Of a stretch of DNA of 64,000 nt, positions 47,759 to 57,676 are shown in pieces (the stretch's first letter is position 1; every line of letters begins with the position of its first letter). Below the pieces are notes generated by a model that was given only the letters and a program-made list of their open reading frames with translations, was not told the origin of the DNA and searched no databases. Origin of the DNA: an uncultured Candidatus Saccharibacteria bacterium (GTDB taxonomy: Bacteria; Patescibacteriota; Minisyncoccia; Phycocordibacterales; Phycocordibacteraceae). The stretch lies in the NCBI GenBank assembly GCA_964546795.1, contig CAZJKG010000002.1:6307-70306 (forward strand). The letters run 5' to 3'. The position numbers were made by a program, and so were the translations under genes.

Positions 47759-49092
47759 TTTGCGTCTTTTATTTTATTATAGTATTGGCTAACCTTAGTA
47801 ACATAATTTCTCGTTTCGATATAACCCGTATTGGGAATAGTGTGTGCCTTATTATCCCATTCGCACTGCCATCTTGAAGAATTGGGGCAATCTCGGCTTG
47901 GTTTATTAGCTCCCGGGCCGCCATTATAGGCGGCGATGATTTTATTTACATCGCCATCATATTTGGCGGACAAATTCTTGAGATAAGCCGTACCGAGTTT
48001 AACATTGTAAACATGATCTGTTAATAATTTTTCTCTAACCTGAGCGTCCGATAAATTCTTCAGTGCTTCTTTATCGACCTCTCGCGCAGTATCAATTCTG
48101 ATCTGCATACGTCCTAAGGACTCTGTACCATCTCTGGCGGTATTAATGATATGATCATCTTTCCTGTTAGATGATTCCGTTTGAATAATAGCTTTCACTA
48201 AATCTGGATCTACGCCATTAATACGTGTTGGTTGCGCAGGTGCGGACGAAGGTGATGGAGTGGGCGATGTCGGGGCCGGTTCCGACGTTTGTTTACTTTG
48301 TTCATCAATTACCTGTTGTACTAAATTACTCGCTTCTGGAGCAATAGGGTCTGTATCTGTATAAGGAGGTTCAGGGGGTTTTTGCTTTAAGCCATCAGTT
48401 TCTGGCACACTTTTGAAAGCAGGTGTGCTAATAGTAACTCCGTCTTCTTTAGTATAACAATTACCATCATCGTCACAAGAAAAACCGTCGAGCGTGGCTA
48501 TTGCCACCGATCTCTGAGCGGGAGTAGCTGGTAAAATCGGTGGTTTTGAAAGTGCTGATGCGGGAGATGATGCGCTTGGTTGCTGTGCAACAGAGAGAGT
48601 CGGCGAGGCGGCTGTAGAAGGCGATGCCGATGAGGAAACCGAACCTTTCTGCTTAAGGCAGGGGTCGCTAGGGTTGCTGATGATGAGCTGCGACCACGTA
48701 GAACCGATGGAACCGGTTGGGTGATACAGGACCGCCATAATCGCATCAACGATGAGCCATCCTGAAAGCGCAATAACGATGCCGACTATTGTGTGGGTAA
48801 GAATACTCTTCGCCTCCTCTCTGCCGCTCGGGTTTACCGGATTCACCACGAAGAGGAACCCGGAATAGGCAATCATCAGTGGCGCGACGAATACGATAGC
48901 GAGCGTGATGAGCAAGCTGATGATGTTGTTGATGACAGTGACGAGCATTCCCCAACCGGCGGGACAAGCCGCATATTGTTCTGGGATAATGGGGCCGAAG
49001 AAAGGTATCCCGCCGGCGTGTGCGGCAAGAGGCACTACAAGTACGGAACTTATTATAAGCAAAGGCGCGAATGCGAGAATTCGAGAACGCAT
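47755..49092 (-). CDS. Pilin-like membrane domain fused to a soluble lytic transglycosylase (SLT) domain
   Basis: N-terminal TrbC/VirB2-like hairpin (AKSILTHTIVGIVIALSGWLIV); Ser/Pro linker; LVKAIIQTES, GRMQI, NVKLGTAYL, AAYNGGPG, ETRNYV. Confidence 0.87.
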   Translation of the reverse strand: MRSRILAFAPLLIISSVLVVPLAAHAGGIPFFGPIIPEQYAACPAGWGMLVTVINNIISLLITLAIVFVAPLMIAYSGFLFVVNPVNPSGREEAKSILTHTIVGIVIALSGWLIVDAIMAVLYHPTGSIGSTWSQLIISNPSDPCLKQKGSVSSSASPSTAASPTLSVAQQPSASSPASALSKPPILPATPAQRSVAIATLDGFSCDDDGNCYTKEDGVTISTPAFKSVPETDGLKQKPPEPPYTDTDPIAPEASNLVQQVIDEQSKQTSEPAPTSPTPSPSSAPAQPTRINGVDPDLVKAIIQTESSNRKDDHIINTARDGTESLGRMQIRIDTAREVDKEALKNLSDAQVREKLLTDHVYNVKLGTAYLKNLSAKYDGDVNKIIAAYNGGPGANKPSRDCPNSSRWQCEWDNKAHTIPNTGYIETRNYVTKVSQYYNKIKDAN

Positions 49093-49260
49093 ACGCTACA
49101 TCATACCGCGTGGCACTCTGAAGCGCTCGGCTTTTCCCCCACCCTTCTATCTGCTATCGTAAATGGGTTCGGAGGCCTATATCAGTTACCTGCACTGATA
49201 TATACCCTTCGTTCGGCGACAGCGAATGATTACAAACACTCATTCGCTCTGTCTCACTCA

Positions 49261-49334
49261 GGGCCTATAGTTTAGTGGTAAAACAGTGGTCTCCAAAACC
49301 ACCGTCCCAGGTTCGAGTCCTGGTGGGCCCGCCA
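49261..49334 (+). tRNA. tRNA-Trp (CCA)
   Basis: GGGCCTA/TGGGCCC acceptor stem, GTGGT-CTCCAAA-ACCAC anticodon arm, GTTCGAG, encoded CCA. Confidence 0.95.
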
Positions 49335-49368
49335 TAACAAAAACCGCTCTTTCAGGCAGATTTTGATT

Positions 49369-49524
49369 TTATCTCTTCGCTTCTTTGAAGATAACTCGTT
49401 TGCGCAGGGTTGGATCGAACTTAGAGAGCTCAATTTTTCGTTCAGTTGACTTCTTATTCTTGCGAGTCCAGATGACGTGGTTGGACTTCGTGGATTTGAG
49501 CCGAAGCAGGCGGTCTTGTGACAT
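49369..49524 (-). CDS. rpmG: 50S ribosomal protein L33 (Cys-free type), not in the ORF track
   Basis: MSQDRLLRLKSTKSNHVIWTRKNKKSTERKIELSKFDPTLRKRVIFKEAKR*. Confidence 0.93.
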   Translation of the reverse strand: MSQDRLLRLKSTKSNHVIWTRKNKKSTERKIELSKFDPTLRKRVIFKEAKR

Positions 49525-49699
49525 ATGCAAAGAATCTAACAGAGTAAGCAGATTTTCGCAATGGAGTGAGCTGTCCCTTCTTCATCCCAGCCGCAACTTC
49601 GCGGAACAAGTTCGGGGCGGCGCACTCGCTTCGCTCGGCCTATTCCGGCTCTGCGCCGCGAGTATTATGCGAAACTGCCTTGTATAAAAACGATGTCAA

Positions 49700-52384
49700 T
49701 TATACTAGGGGCGAAGCTGCAGCGGGATTCCGCGAGCGGCGAGACGTCGCTCGCTTCACCTCGAAATGCGGCTCGTCATTCTTGATGGAGACCGTCACCA
49801 TGCCTCCCTCCATGAGTCCCTGATCAACCATGAGGGATGCGAGTGGTGTGAGTATCTTGTCCTGAATAGTGCGGCGCAAGGGGCGCGCGCCATACTGCGG
49901 ATTGTAGCCCTTCTCCGCAAGCCATTCGCGCACTCCCGGCAAGAAAGAAAGCGAGATGCGCTTCTGCGTAAGCCGCTTCATGACCTCTTCCACCTGCGTG
50001 TCCACGATCTTGGCAAGCGCCTCCTTCGCGAGTACGTCGAAGATAATGATGTCATCAAGTCGATTGAGAAACTCCGGGCGGAAGTGCTCTTTGAGCGCAT
50101 CCATAACCTTCACCTTCGTTTCCTCATATCGGGTCGCGTCAGTTGCGCCCGCACTGCCGAAACCGATGTGCGCAAGCCGGTCGATGAATTCCCCACCGAT
50201 GTTGGACGTGAGTACGATAATCGTATTTTTGAAATTGACTTTGCGCCCCTTGCCGTCGGTCAAATGTCCCGAATCAAGCACTTGAAGCAGGATATTAAAC
50301 ACTTCCGGATGCGCCTTCTCAATCTCGTCAAAGAGCACTACAGCGTATGGGCGATGTCGGATACGTTCGGTCAATGAACCGGACTCTTCGTAGCCGACGT
50401 AGCCGGGCGGCGCGCCGATAAGCTTAGCGACCGAGTGTTTCTCCATGAATTCGCTCATATCAACACGCACGAGAGCGTCAATATCGTTGAACATGAATTC
50501 TGCTATTTTCCTTGAGAGCTCGGTTTTACCGACGCCGGTGGGACCAAGGAAGAGGAAGGAGCCGATGGGACGATTGGGGTCGCTAATGCCGACGCGCGAA
50601 CGCTTTACGGCATCAGTGACTTTCTTTACCGCGATATCCTGACCGATGATGTCGCTCTTCAATGTTGCTTCCATACGGGTAAGCTTTGCGGCCTCTTCCT
50701 CAAGCATCCGTGAGACCGGGATGCCGGTCCAACGCGAAACGACACCGGCGATATCTTGTTCGGCCACTTCTTCATTGAGGACGCGACGCGATTTCTGCAA
50801 TGTCTTCAGACGCTTCAGTTTCGTCTCCAAATCTTTCTGGATATGCGGGATGCGGCCGTAGCGAATTTCCGCGACCGTGCCGAGATCGGCGGCAATTTCC
50901 GCATTATCCGCCTGTACTTTGAGCGCCTCGAGTTCGGTCTTGGCAGCGCGGATGCCGCTCAAAATATCTTTTTCATTCTTCCACTTGAGCTCAAGTTCGC
51001 TGGTCTTTTCCTTCAAATCCGCGACCTCCGCATCAATGACCTTAATGCGTTCTTTTATCTCCTTGGTATGTTCTCCTTCCAGATCCTTCTGGAGCGCCTG
51101 CCGTTCTATCTCAAGGCGGCGAATCTTGCGATCGGTCTCTTCCAAGAGAGGTGGTTTGTTCTCGAGCGCAATGCGAAGTCCCGATGCCGCTTCGTCTATG
51201 AGATCAATGGCCTTATCCGGCAGGAAACGGTCGGTGATGTAGCGGGACGAGAGCTCGACGGCGGCGACAATGGCGCCATCAGTAATGCGCACGCCATGAA
51301 AGAGTTCGTACTTGTCGCGCAAGCCGCGAAGAATGGCGATACCGTCTTCCACCGACGGCTCTTGCACGAATACCGATTGGAAACGGCGTGTGAGTGCGGC
51401 ATCCTTCTCAATATATTTCTGATATTCCTTCAGCGTCGTCGCGCCGATCACACGTAGCTCACCGCGGGAGAGGGCCGGCTTCAACATATTCGATGCATCC
51501 AAAGAGCCCTCGGCGCCTCCGGCGCCGACAAGTGTGTGCAGTTCATCCACAAAGAGAATCACCTTGCCTTCGGCACGTTCTACTTCCTTCATAACGTTCT
51601 TCATCCGCTCCTCAAACTCGCCGCGATACTTGGTACCGGCGATAAGAAGCCCGAGATCAAGCGAGAGAAGCTCCTTGCTTTTGAGCGATTCGGGGACGTC
51701 GTTAGCCGCCATGCGCGCGGCGAGTCCTTCTGCGATCGCCGTCTTCCCCACGCCCGCTTCGCCAATGAGGACCGGGTTATTCTTCGTACGGCGTGCGAGA
51801 ATCTGGATGACCCGATTGATCTCCTGATCGCGGCCGATGACCGGATCGAGTTTATTCTCGGCGGCGAGTTTGGTGAGATTACGCGCATATTTCGCGAGCG
51901 CACGGAAACGTTTTGGTTCTACGGTCTGTCCTTCCTTAGAACTCTTGAGTTCTTTGAGAATAGCGATTGCCGCGTCACGACCTATGGAGAAGCGTGTGAA
52001 AATATCCGCAGCGCTCCCTGGATGTTCGATAATGGCAAGGAAGAGATGCTCGGTGCCGACGAATGTGTCATTCATCCTTGCAGCTATCTTTCCGGATGCT
52101 TCAAGCGCCTGCGCGAGGTCGGGTGTGAGATAGATCTGATATGAAGGCGAGAGGACTGAGGCGTTTTCGGGTGTCTCAAGGTGCTCAAGCACGGCATCCG
52201 CGAGCATGTTGGTATCCACTTCCATTCTGTCGAGCATGGAGAACACAAGCGATTCTTCCTGGAGTACGAGGGCGGCGAGCAGGTGGAGCGGCGAGACATG
52301 ATTTTGTCCGCGCTCTATCGCTATCTCATGCGCGCGACGTACGGCTTCTTTGGCTTTGGTGGTGAAATTATTGAAAGGCGGCAT
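49700..52384 (-). CDS. clpB: ClpB chaperone
   Basis: Clp-N domain, [15 protein letters not shown], coiled-coil M domain, [21 protein letters not shown]. Confidence 0.96.
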   Translation of the reverse strand: MPPFNNFTTKAKEAVRRAHEIAIERGQNHVSPLHLLAALVLQEESLVFSMLDRMEVDTNMLADAVLEHLETPENASVLSPSYQIYLTPDLAQALEASGKIAARMNDTFVGTEHLFLAIIEHPGSAADIFTRFSIGRDAAIAILKELKSSKEGQTVEPKRFRALAKYARNLTKLAAENKLDPVIGRDQEINRVIQILARRTKNNPVLIGEAGVGKTAIAEGLAARMAANDVPESLKSKELLSLDLGLLIAGTKYRGEFEERMKNVMKEVERAEGKVILFVDELHTLVGAGGAEGSLDASNMLKPALSRGELRVIGATTLKEYQKYIEKDAALTRRFQSVFVQEPSVEDGIAILRGLRDKYELFHGVRITDGAIVAAVELSSRYITDRFLPDKAIDLIDEAASGLRIALENKPPLLEETDRKIRRLEIERQALQKDLEGEHTKEIKERIKVIDAEVADLKEKTSELELKWKNEKDILSGIRAAKTELEALKVQADNAEIAADLGTVAEIRYGRIPHIQKDLETKLKRLKTLQKSRRVLNEEVAEQDIAGVVSRWTGIPVSRMLEEEAAKLTRMEATLKSDIIGQDIAVKKVTDAVKRSRVGISDPNRPIGSFLFLGPTGVGKTELSRKIAEFMFNDIDALVRVDMSEFMEKHSVAKLIGAPPGYVGYEESGSLTERIRHRPYAVVLFDEIEKAHPEVFNILLQVLDSGHLTDGKGRKVNFKNTIIVLTSNIGGEFIDRLAHIGFGSAGATDATRYEETKVKVMDALKEHFRPEFLNRLDDIIIFDVLAKEALAKIVDTQVEEVMKRLTQKRISLSFLPGVREWLAEKGYNPQYGARPLRRTIQDKILTPLASLMVDQGLMEGGMVTVSIKNDEPHFEVKRATSRRSRNPAAASPLV

Positions 52385-52398
52385 GGGTGAGAATTATA

Positions 52399-53166
52399 TT
52401 AGCGAGCTGGCGACGAGGTCGCCGCGGTCGTTGTCGCAGTAAGAAGTGCGCTTATCTTGTTGGCGGGAATAAGAAGTCCGGGTGTTCCTCCGGTGCTGAT
52501 GCCGATGAGATTGCCGGCAAGATCCACTGCAGCGCTTCCAGTGCCTATATCCGGCAGTGTCGTGTGAATGTTCTTTTCGCTGATTCGCGCGACGATGCCG
52601 GTGGAAGCGGAGCCATCATCACCAATAGCAAGCGCCGTTTGACCGAGTTTCAAATCGTTTGCACCGATGAGGATTGGAGAGGTCGCTTTCGGCAGCGTCG
52701 CATCATCCGCAAAACCGTAAATGGTGATGCCGCCGCCTTCATGTGCGAGAGACGCGGGAATAAACGCACCATTCGGGAATTTGATGAGTGCCTCTTTCGG
52801 TAATATGTCCTGGGCCGCAGTCACGACAGCGCGGGATTTGGAAAGATATGTGCCGATGGAGATGGCTGGTGTAGAGGTGCCAATCGTCGCATCATAGATT
52901 GCAACGATGCGGGACGCATCCATGCCAAGAGCATTCATGACGAGATCCTGATTGGAAGGCGCGGGTGCCTGAAGCACTGCGGCGGGAGCCGCCTGCGCAA
53001 CGGTCTCAATGGTATGCTCGACGACGCGATTCACTGTCTGCACGACGAAGGGTGGTGCTTTATCGAGCAAAGAAACCGTCAAGATGCCGGTCGCGACCGA
53101 GGTCACAAAGTTCACGAGGATTGTGAGAAGAATCAGTTGGGACTTTGAGAGTTCCTCTATATTCAT
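52399..53166 (-). CDS. Membrane-anchored degenerate trypsin/HtrA-like protein
   Basis: N-terminal anchor; LKLGQTALAIG and GSAAVDLAGNLIGI resemble HtrA strands, but GNSGG is not present. Confidence 0.65.
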   Translation of the reverse strand: MNIEELSKSQLILLTILVNFVTSVATGILTVSLLDKAPPFVVQTVNRVVEHTIETVAQAAPAAVLQAPAPSNQDLVMNALGMDASRIVAIYDATIGTSTPAISIGTYLSKSRAVVTAAQDILPKEALIKFPNGAFIPASLAHEGGGITIYGFADDATLPKATSPILIGANDLKLGQTALAIGDDGSASTGIVARISEKNIHTTLPDIGTGSAAVDLAGNLIGISTGGTPGLLIPANKISALLTATTTAATSSPAR

Positions 53167-53290
53167 CCCATTAGAAATAGGACACGGATACGCTATGTGC
53201 AGCGCAACCGAACCCTATCCAATTAGAATTGGTAACCGAACCCGTCTTCTGGTGTCGACCTATGCGTCCGTGGTTTCTAACGGGATTCAT
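53162..53290. mobile_element. MITE-like element copy 2 with internal uORF (53171-53290, minus strand)
   Basis: CCCATTAGAAA ... TTTCTAACGGG, flanked by ATTCAT on both sides; homologous to 11745-11870. Confidence 0.75.
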
Positions 53291-53302
53291 GCGACTATAA
53301 TG

Positions 53303-54454
53303 CTACCTTCGGCCGTCACTGTCAATAAACGCGACCGCCTTCGTAAGCGCTCTTGCAAAACGAGTGAAAGCGCGTGTAGGAACACCGGGACCCCAGGACA
53401 TACGCAGTGTTGCACAGGCGCGTTCCGGATCGCTAGTCAGGATCAGGACAGCTCGTGAACCCACTTCGGAATCCGTCTCGCAGGCGCTCCGTGACGAGAC
53501 GGCGAAGCCCGCTTCATCAAGGAGCGCGACGAGATAATCGGTATCATGGCCCGGAAGTGAAAGATTGAGAATATGAGGTGCCTGAAAGTGGCCCTCCTGC
53601 ACTTGTACATTCGGAATACCGGCAGTGATCATGTTGATGAGGTTCGCGCGGTCGCGCTCGGCGGAAGCACGGAAGTTCTCGCGCTCAAGCACGGCGGCGG
53701 CGACCGCCGCCGCGAAACTCCGCGCAAGTTCCGGTGCCTCGCTCCCTGAACGCAATCCGCGTTCCTGTCCGCCGCCCGCATAGAGAGGAACCATCGGAAT
53801 CGTGCGATGTGCGATGAGCGCGCCGGTGCCGCGAACAATGGAGACCTTGGAAGCATCGAGTGTGAGCATGTCCGCAGCAAAATGTGCGCGTGTTATTTTC
53901 TCGGTCAGGGGCGCCTGGCTCGCGTCAACATGCAACAGAATGTGCGAGTTGAACGCGAGCTGTGCTTCGTCCAGAACACGGCGAACCTCGCGGGTATTCC
54001 ACACGACTCCCGTTTCGCCGCAGACCGCCTCCATGGAGATGAGGGCTGTCTCAGGCGTGAGCATTTTCTTGAGCGCCTCAATATCAATTCGATAATCCTT
54101 GACCGGAAGAGTGTCTACCCTTACGCCTTCTGCGGAAAGCATCTTTGCGTTCTCAACGATTGATGCATGTGCGCTCGGCAGATACAAGATATGAATGTCT
54201 TTTCTCTCCGCCGCATCGCCTGCCTGCTGGTAGGCAGGAAGCGCTCGCACATGTCCCAGAATAGCGAGAGCGTTGCTCTCAGTCGCTCCGCTTGTGAAAA
54301 TGACATCGTCCGGCTGCACCTCGACGAGACGAGCAATGATTACCCGCGCGTCTTCCAGCATTTTCTTAGCGCGCCTCCCCTCTTCGTGGGGCGACGACGG
54401 GTTAGGCGTCACGCCTGCAGCATTATCAAGATATATTCTCCGCTTCCAAAACAT
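53303..54454 (-). CDS. Cysteine desulfurase (IscS/NifS-like)
   Basis: IYLDNAA, NPSSPH, FTSGATESN, HVDASQ, GGGQERGLRSG, SSRSAC. Confidence 0.9.
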   Translation of the reverse strand: MFWKRRIYLDNAAGVTPNPSSPHEEGRRAKKMLEDARVIIARLVEVQPDDVIFTSGATESNALAILGHVRALPAYQQAGDAAERKDIHILYLPSAHASIVENAKMLSAEGVRVDTLPVKDYRIDIEALKKMLTPETALISMEAVCGETGVVWNTREVRRVLDEAQLAFNSHILLHVDASQAPLTEKITRAHFAADMLTLDASKVSIVRGTGALIAHRTIPMVPLYAGGGQERGLRSGSEAPELARSFAAAVAAAVLERENFRASAERDRANLINMITAGIPNVQVQEGHFQAPHILNLSLPGHDTDYLVALLDEAGFAVSSRSACETDSEVGSRAVLILTSDPERACATLRMSWGPGVPTRAFTRFARALTKAVAFIDSDGRR

Positions 54455-54558
54455 GAGTTGATTCTACACGAGGGTATGATATTTGACTTCTTTCCAACTG
54501 AAAGATATCTTCAACTATAGAAAAGCAAACTGAACACTAAACTAAAGGAGGTTTCAAG

Positions 54559-54792
54559 GTGAACAACAATAAAAAAATTGTCCATGGTCTAGCGCGTGGC
54601 CTACCTTTGTGTATGTTCTCCGAGAAACTTCCATCAAAATGGCCGGAAGGACATGTCTGTACTTCTATAGTCTCTGCAATACAAAGAAAGGATATCACCT
54701 GCCCCGCATGCCTAAGAGAATACGCATCACAATCCAATAAACGTCGTCCGCCTTTCCACGAGGTCGAAACATCCGTGAACATCGGCGATTAA
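54559..54792 (+). CDS. Small Cys/His-containing protein
   Basis: TTGACT-17-TATCTT promoter, AAGGAGGT SD, GTG start, H..C..H.C..CPAC; terminator at 54807-54841. Confidence 0.6.
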   Translation: MNNNKKIVHGLARGLPLCMFSEKLPSKWPEGHVCTSIVSAIQRKDITCPACLREYASQSNKRRPPFHEVETSVNIGD

Positions 54793-55092
54793 AGGACCTT
54801 ATGGCGAACCCGCCAGCAGAAACCTGCTTCGGTGGGTTTTTGTTATCTATCTATCCACTTCTAAAAAATACTTGACAGGGTAGAAATATGCTAACTTACA
54901 CGTGTTGTTCATTTTGGAGGGAAATGCGATGGATCATCAACGGCTTCGCACGCCGCCCAGCTATGGGGATCCGTAGACGCGGCGGGGGCTCCTGGTGGAT
55001 CCGGGAGCCCTTTTTTTATAGCTCTTATTTTTATTTGATCTGCTGCTTTGCAAATTGCAATTAGGTCATTTTTGTGATGAAATAGAGGCATT

Positions 55093-56562
55093 ATGGCGCG
55101 GGTCCCAAGACCGCCCGTCATTGCGGTGATGGGCCATATAGACCATGGTAAGTCATCCCTCCTGGATTACATCCGGAAGGCGAATATCGTGGCGGGCGAG
55201 GCGGGAGGCATCACACAGCATGTCGCCGCATACATCGCGCTCCACAACGGCCGACCGGTCACGTTCCTTGACACTCCCGGTCACGAGGCATTCAAGGCAC
55301 TGCGCACCCGGGGCGCGGCGGCCGCGGATATTGCTATTCTCGTTGTTGCGGCGGACGAGGGCGTGATGCCACAAACGCTCGATGCACTCGCGGCCATCAC
55401 TGAAGCAAAGATTCCTTATATTGTGGCGATCACCAAGATAGACAAAAATAACGCCGATATCGGCCACACCAAGAATTCGCTTATCGAACATGGCATATTC
55501 ATAGAAGGTATGGGTGGCGATATTGCATTTGCACTTGTCTCTTCCAAGACCGGCGAAGGTATACCGGAACTTCTTGACTTGGTCCTTCTTTCTGCGGACC
55601 TTGTGGAACTCACCGCCGACCCGCTCGCGAGTGCGACTGGCTTCATACTTGAATCCACGCAGGATGCCAAGCGCGGAGCATCAGCGACGCTCATCATAAA
55701 AGACGGGACACTGACACTTGATGGCTTTGTTGTCGCTAGCGACGCGTTTGCCCCGATACGCTTCATAGAGGATTTCCGAGGCAAACGTGTGGAGACCGCA
55801 GGACCTTCGGAACCGGTGCGTATCTCTGGATTCAACAAACTGCCCTCGGCCGGTTCGCTTTTCAGCATCGCAAAGAATAAAAAGGAGGCAGAACTTCTTG
55901 CGAAAGAGCAGGCCAAAACGCTTGTGGCGACACCCGAACGCGCTGCGTCGATTGAGGGCATTACCGAACTTCCCCTTATCGTGAAGACAGACGTTGCTGG
56001 TTCAGTTGATGCAATTCAACATGAATTAAAGAAAATCACCCATGAGCGCGCTTCCATTCGCATCGTCTCTTCCGGCGTCGGCAGCGTCTCGGAAACCGAT
56101 GTCAAGACCGCATACGCTGCCGGCGGAGTTATCATTGCATTCAATGTGTCCATTGATCCCATCGCTAGTGAGCTCGCAGAGCGAGACCATATCAGCATCC
56201 TTTCTTTCTCCATTATTTACGAACTTGCTGAGAAAATAGCCGGACTCCTCGTTGGACGTGTTCCTGTTGTCGCCTCCGAGAAAGAACTTGGGCGCGCGAT
56301 GGTGCTGAAATCCTTCTCGTCAAGCGGAAAGAAACAAGTCCTCGGTGCGCGCTACGTCTCTGGTGTGCTCACCGTCGGAAATCGCATGAAAATACTTCGT
56401 CGCGAGGCAGAAATCGCGCGAGGCAGCATCACGAACCTCCAGCAGGCGCGCGCGGATGCCAAAGAGATAAAAACCGAGGGCGACTTTGGTATTGAGATCG
56501 AAGCGCGCGAGAATGCGACGTACGGCGACGAGATCATCGCCTTCGTCGTCACCGAATCATGA
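55093..56562 (+). CDS. infB: Translation initiation factor IF-2 (no N-terminal extension)
   Basis: RPPVIAVMGHIDHGKSSLL, EAGGITQH, DTPGHEAF, TKID. Confidence 0.96.
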   Translation: MARVPRPPVIAVMGHIDHGKSSLLDYIRKANIVAGEAGGITQHVAAYIALHNGRPVTFLDTPGHEAFKALRTRGAAAADIAILVVAADEGVMPQTLDALAAITEAKIPYIVAITKIDKNNADIGHTKNSLIEHGIFIEGMGGDIAFALVSSKTGEGIPELLDLVLLSADLVELTADPLASATGFILESTQDAKRGASATLIIKDGTLTLDGFVVASDAFAPIRFIEDFRGKRVETAGPSEPVRISGFNKLPSAGSLFSIAKNKKEAELLAKEQAKTLVATPERAASIEGITELPLIVKTDVAGSVDAIQHELKKITHERASIRIVSSGVGSVSETDVKTAYAAGGVIIAFNVSIDPIASELAERDHISILSFSIIYELAEKIAGLLVGRVPVVASEKELGRAMVLKSFSSSGKKQVLGARYVSGVLTVGNRMKILRREAEIARGSITNLQQARADAKEIKTEGDFGIEIEARENATYGDEIIAFVVTES

Positions 56563-56885
56563 TTCACTCAGACAGAACGCGTAGCCCTCGTCGGCAGAGT
56601 AATCGCGCCGCCGAGATAGTCGCGCGCGAGGCCGCGCAATTTATCGCGCGCGAGGCCGGCACTGAATCCCTCATCACCGTCATACGTGCTGAGAGCGTAG
56701 CGCATGGTGAACGCATTATGATATTCGTGAGCGTCTTCCCTACGGAGAAAGCTCGCGCGGCGCTCGCATTCCTGGAGCGGCAGCGCGAGGCGTTCTCGAA
56801 TTATTTGAAATCCCACGCGCGGCTTCGTCTCCCACGCGTTGATTTTCTTCTTGATAACAACGAGACATCTCCATTAAATAATTAG
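56559..56885 (+). CDS. rbfA: Ribosome-binding factor A-like protein
   Basis: Overlaps the infB stop; ITVIRAE..IFVSVFP..LRLPRVDF pattern. Confidence 0.75.
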   Translation: MIHSDRTRSPRRQSNRAAEIVAREAAQFIAREAGTESLITVIRAESVAHGERIMIFVSVFPTEKARAALAFLERQREAFSNYLKSHARLRLPRVDFLLDNNETSPLNN

Positions 56886-56947
56886 TTTGTAACTTTACAC
56901 ATATAGTTTCCTTGCAGTATATAACGTTACCACTTATACTGTATGAC

Positions 56948-57676
56948 GTGGGAGTCAAATATTTTGTGAATGAAAAGTTCTTTGATGTGTGGGGTGATGA
57001 GATGGCATATGTGCTTGGTTATCTTTACGCGGACGGAAGTTTGGAGGACTCGCCACATATTCGGGGTAAGTATGTACGAGTGACAAGTACGGATCGGGAC
57101 AGGATTGAAATCATCCGGTCATTGCTCAAATCTGAACACACTATCGTCCGCGAAATTCAAGATGCTCGACGCAAACCTCGGTTCCTCTTGAGAATTGGAA
57201 ACAGTCAGCTGTTTGATGCTTTGATTAAAATCGGTATTACGCCCCATAAGTCATTGACTATGGAATTTCCGGTCGTGCCAAATCTCTATTTCGGATCGTT
57301 CTTGCGGGGATACTTCGATGGGGATGGTTGTGCTCATATAGACATTGTGCACGGAAAACCAAAACGTTTGCTTTCTATCTTTACAAGCGGCAGTAAGATA
57401 TTTCTTGAAGCACTCCATAAGCGTTTATCTAATGAGATCGGTCTCATCGGAAACGGTCTATACTCACACGGCAGCACTGCTGGTGCCTACCAACTACGTT
57501 ACTCCACTCGAGATAGTTTGCGGTTATTCAATTTCATGTATCCGCGAGGACTCAGTAAGAAGTTACATTTGCGAAGAAAATACGATATATTTATGCAGTA
57601 CCTTGAACTCAGGGGTATTTCGCGGGGTGAAATACCCCTTGTGTTGAATCAGAAAGGCCCGATGGTGAAGAGGTAA
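56948..57676 (+). CDS. Free-standing double-motif LAGLIDADG endonuclease-like protein
   Basis: AYVLGYLYADG and SFLRGYFDGDG; C-terminal LRRKY. Probable GTG start after TATACT. Confidence 0.88.
   Translation: MGVKYFVNEKFFDVWGDEMAYVLGYLYADGSLEDSPHIRGKYVRVTSTDRDRIEIIRSLLKSEHTIVREIQDARRKPRFLLRIGNSQLFDALIKIGITPHKSLTMEFPVVPNLYFGSFLRGYFDGDGCAHIDIVHGKPKRLLSIFTSGSKIFLEALHKRLSNEIGLIGNGLYSHGSTAGAYQLRYSTRDSLRLFNFMYPRGLSKKLHLRRKYDIFMQYLELRGISRGEIPLVLNQKGPMVKR

Noticed and set aside
49261-49334. UGA recoding (genetic code 25)
   Set aside because: Core genes end at TGA (for example dnaX, serS, infB) and long ORFs are intact under code 11.
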